From Lama glama (Eukaryota): a stretch of DNA of 64,000 nucleotides. The notes below the pieces were generated by a model, which was not told the origin of the DNA, searched no databases, and worked only from the letters and a program-made list of their open reading frames with translations. The stretch is from NCBI GenBank assembly GCA_028534125.1, contig CM052816.1:7380001-7444000 (forward strand), given 5' to 3'. Within the stretch, counting starts at the first letter, position 1; each line of letters opens with the position of its first letter. A program made the translations under genes and the position numbers. Positions 63,074 to 64,000 of this stretch are shown here, piece after piece.

Positions 63074-64000
63074 GTGAGTGCTTTTTTCTGCCATCCTCAT
63101 TTCTGCCTTCCAGCCTGGAAGCTTGCAGTGGCGAAAACCCCAAGGTGGGTGTGTCTGGCCCACAAGCCATCGTGCAGGAGCCTCAAAAGATACAGTCAGA
63201 GGCTGAATCAAGTTGAGAGCTTAAAGAGGCAGAAGGGAAGACTACCAGAAAGCCCTTAGGATATAGTGATCCACTCTCCAACTCGTGCAGGTGGTGAACC
63301 TAAGACAAATTACCCAAGGACATGCACTGGCTCATTGGCAGGATGGCGGCTGGAATCTAGTGGTGGCTCTAGAGTCTGTTTGTTTTTAGTTGAGGTATAG
63401 CCCTGGAGTCAGATTTGTTCCTGGCCAACTCTAATAATGTTGGGGAGGGGGGCAGAATCCCCGGCTTCTTGGAAGAGAAGGTGACACTTGAGCTAAAACC
63501 ACAGGTACCCAAGCATTTCCTCTTCCTTGCCTCCTTCCTGCAGTTCCCTGGGCTTCTACTTCAATTGAGAACTGCAGTGACAATGTCTAAAGCGCAGTAT
63601 GTGGAAGAGTCTGTGTTTGAGGGGAAGCGGGGGATCCCTCACAGTGCTTTCTAACCGTAACAAGGAGGGGTGTACTCAGAGGGTTTCTGCAAGAGAACCA
63701 AGCTACCGGGCTCCCGCCTCCTTTGCTTCTACCACTCAGGCAGCATGGCTAGTTCACTGAGGAAAAATAGTTGGGGTGGTTGGCATAGTGATAAAGTTCT
63801 GCACTTTAAGAAGAAAATGTTGACACCATCGGTACAGTAGAAAGAAAACTTGCGTCCACATTGTGATTCTGCTCCTTCCTTCTCTATGCCTCCGTTTTGC
63901 AAAACAGGGATAAATTGGTGGCAGTGTGAATTTAAGGAGGTTGCCTGTGGAAATTAAATCTGAAAGGTTGTGCGGGAGGGGGGGCCAGTGTGCAGCAAGG

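Overview
Mammalian genomic DNA, most likely camelid (two Vic-1-type tRNA-derived SINEs), with three 500-N scaffold gaps. The window ends in the first coding exon of SLC36A2 (+, 62910-63073), so it is the region upstream of SLC36A2 in the SLC36 amino-acid transporter cluster. Three things stand out beneath the ordinary repeats. (1) A decayed extra SLC36 paralog runs on the + strand across most of the window, with remnants of coding exons 2-10 in the correct order from about 7.4 to 61.2 kb. (2) In its intron 6, a single MER20 (itself inside a MIR, with 8-bp TSDs) is split by a ~24.5-kb foreign block (about 19804-44278). The two ends of this block are the two halves of one olfactory receptor (OR) gene in permuted order, and joining them restores ...VCGDY-x-LHSPMYFF.... 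This is the expected footprint of integration of a circular DNA intermediate. A TSD-less LTR at 31817-32232 is a candidate circle-closure junction. (3) The block also carries an unprocessed, truncated CCDC3 pseudogene (two exons plus CpG island) and an OR with a single frameshift. A ~10-kb ERV1-type provirus with nested L1 and SINE lies at 49800-59946. All gene and repeat names come from recalled sequences compared by eye, not from database searches.
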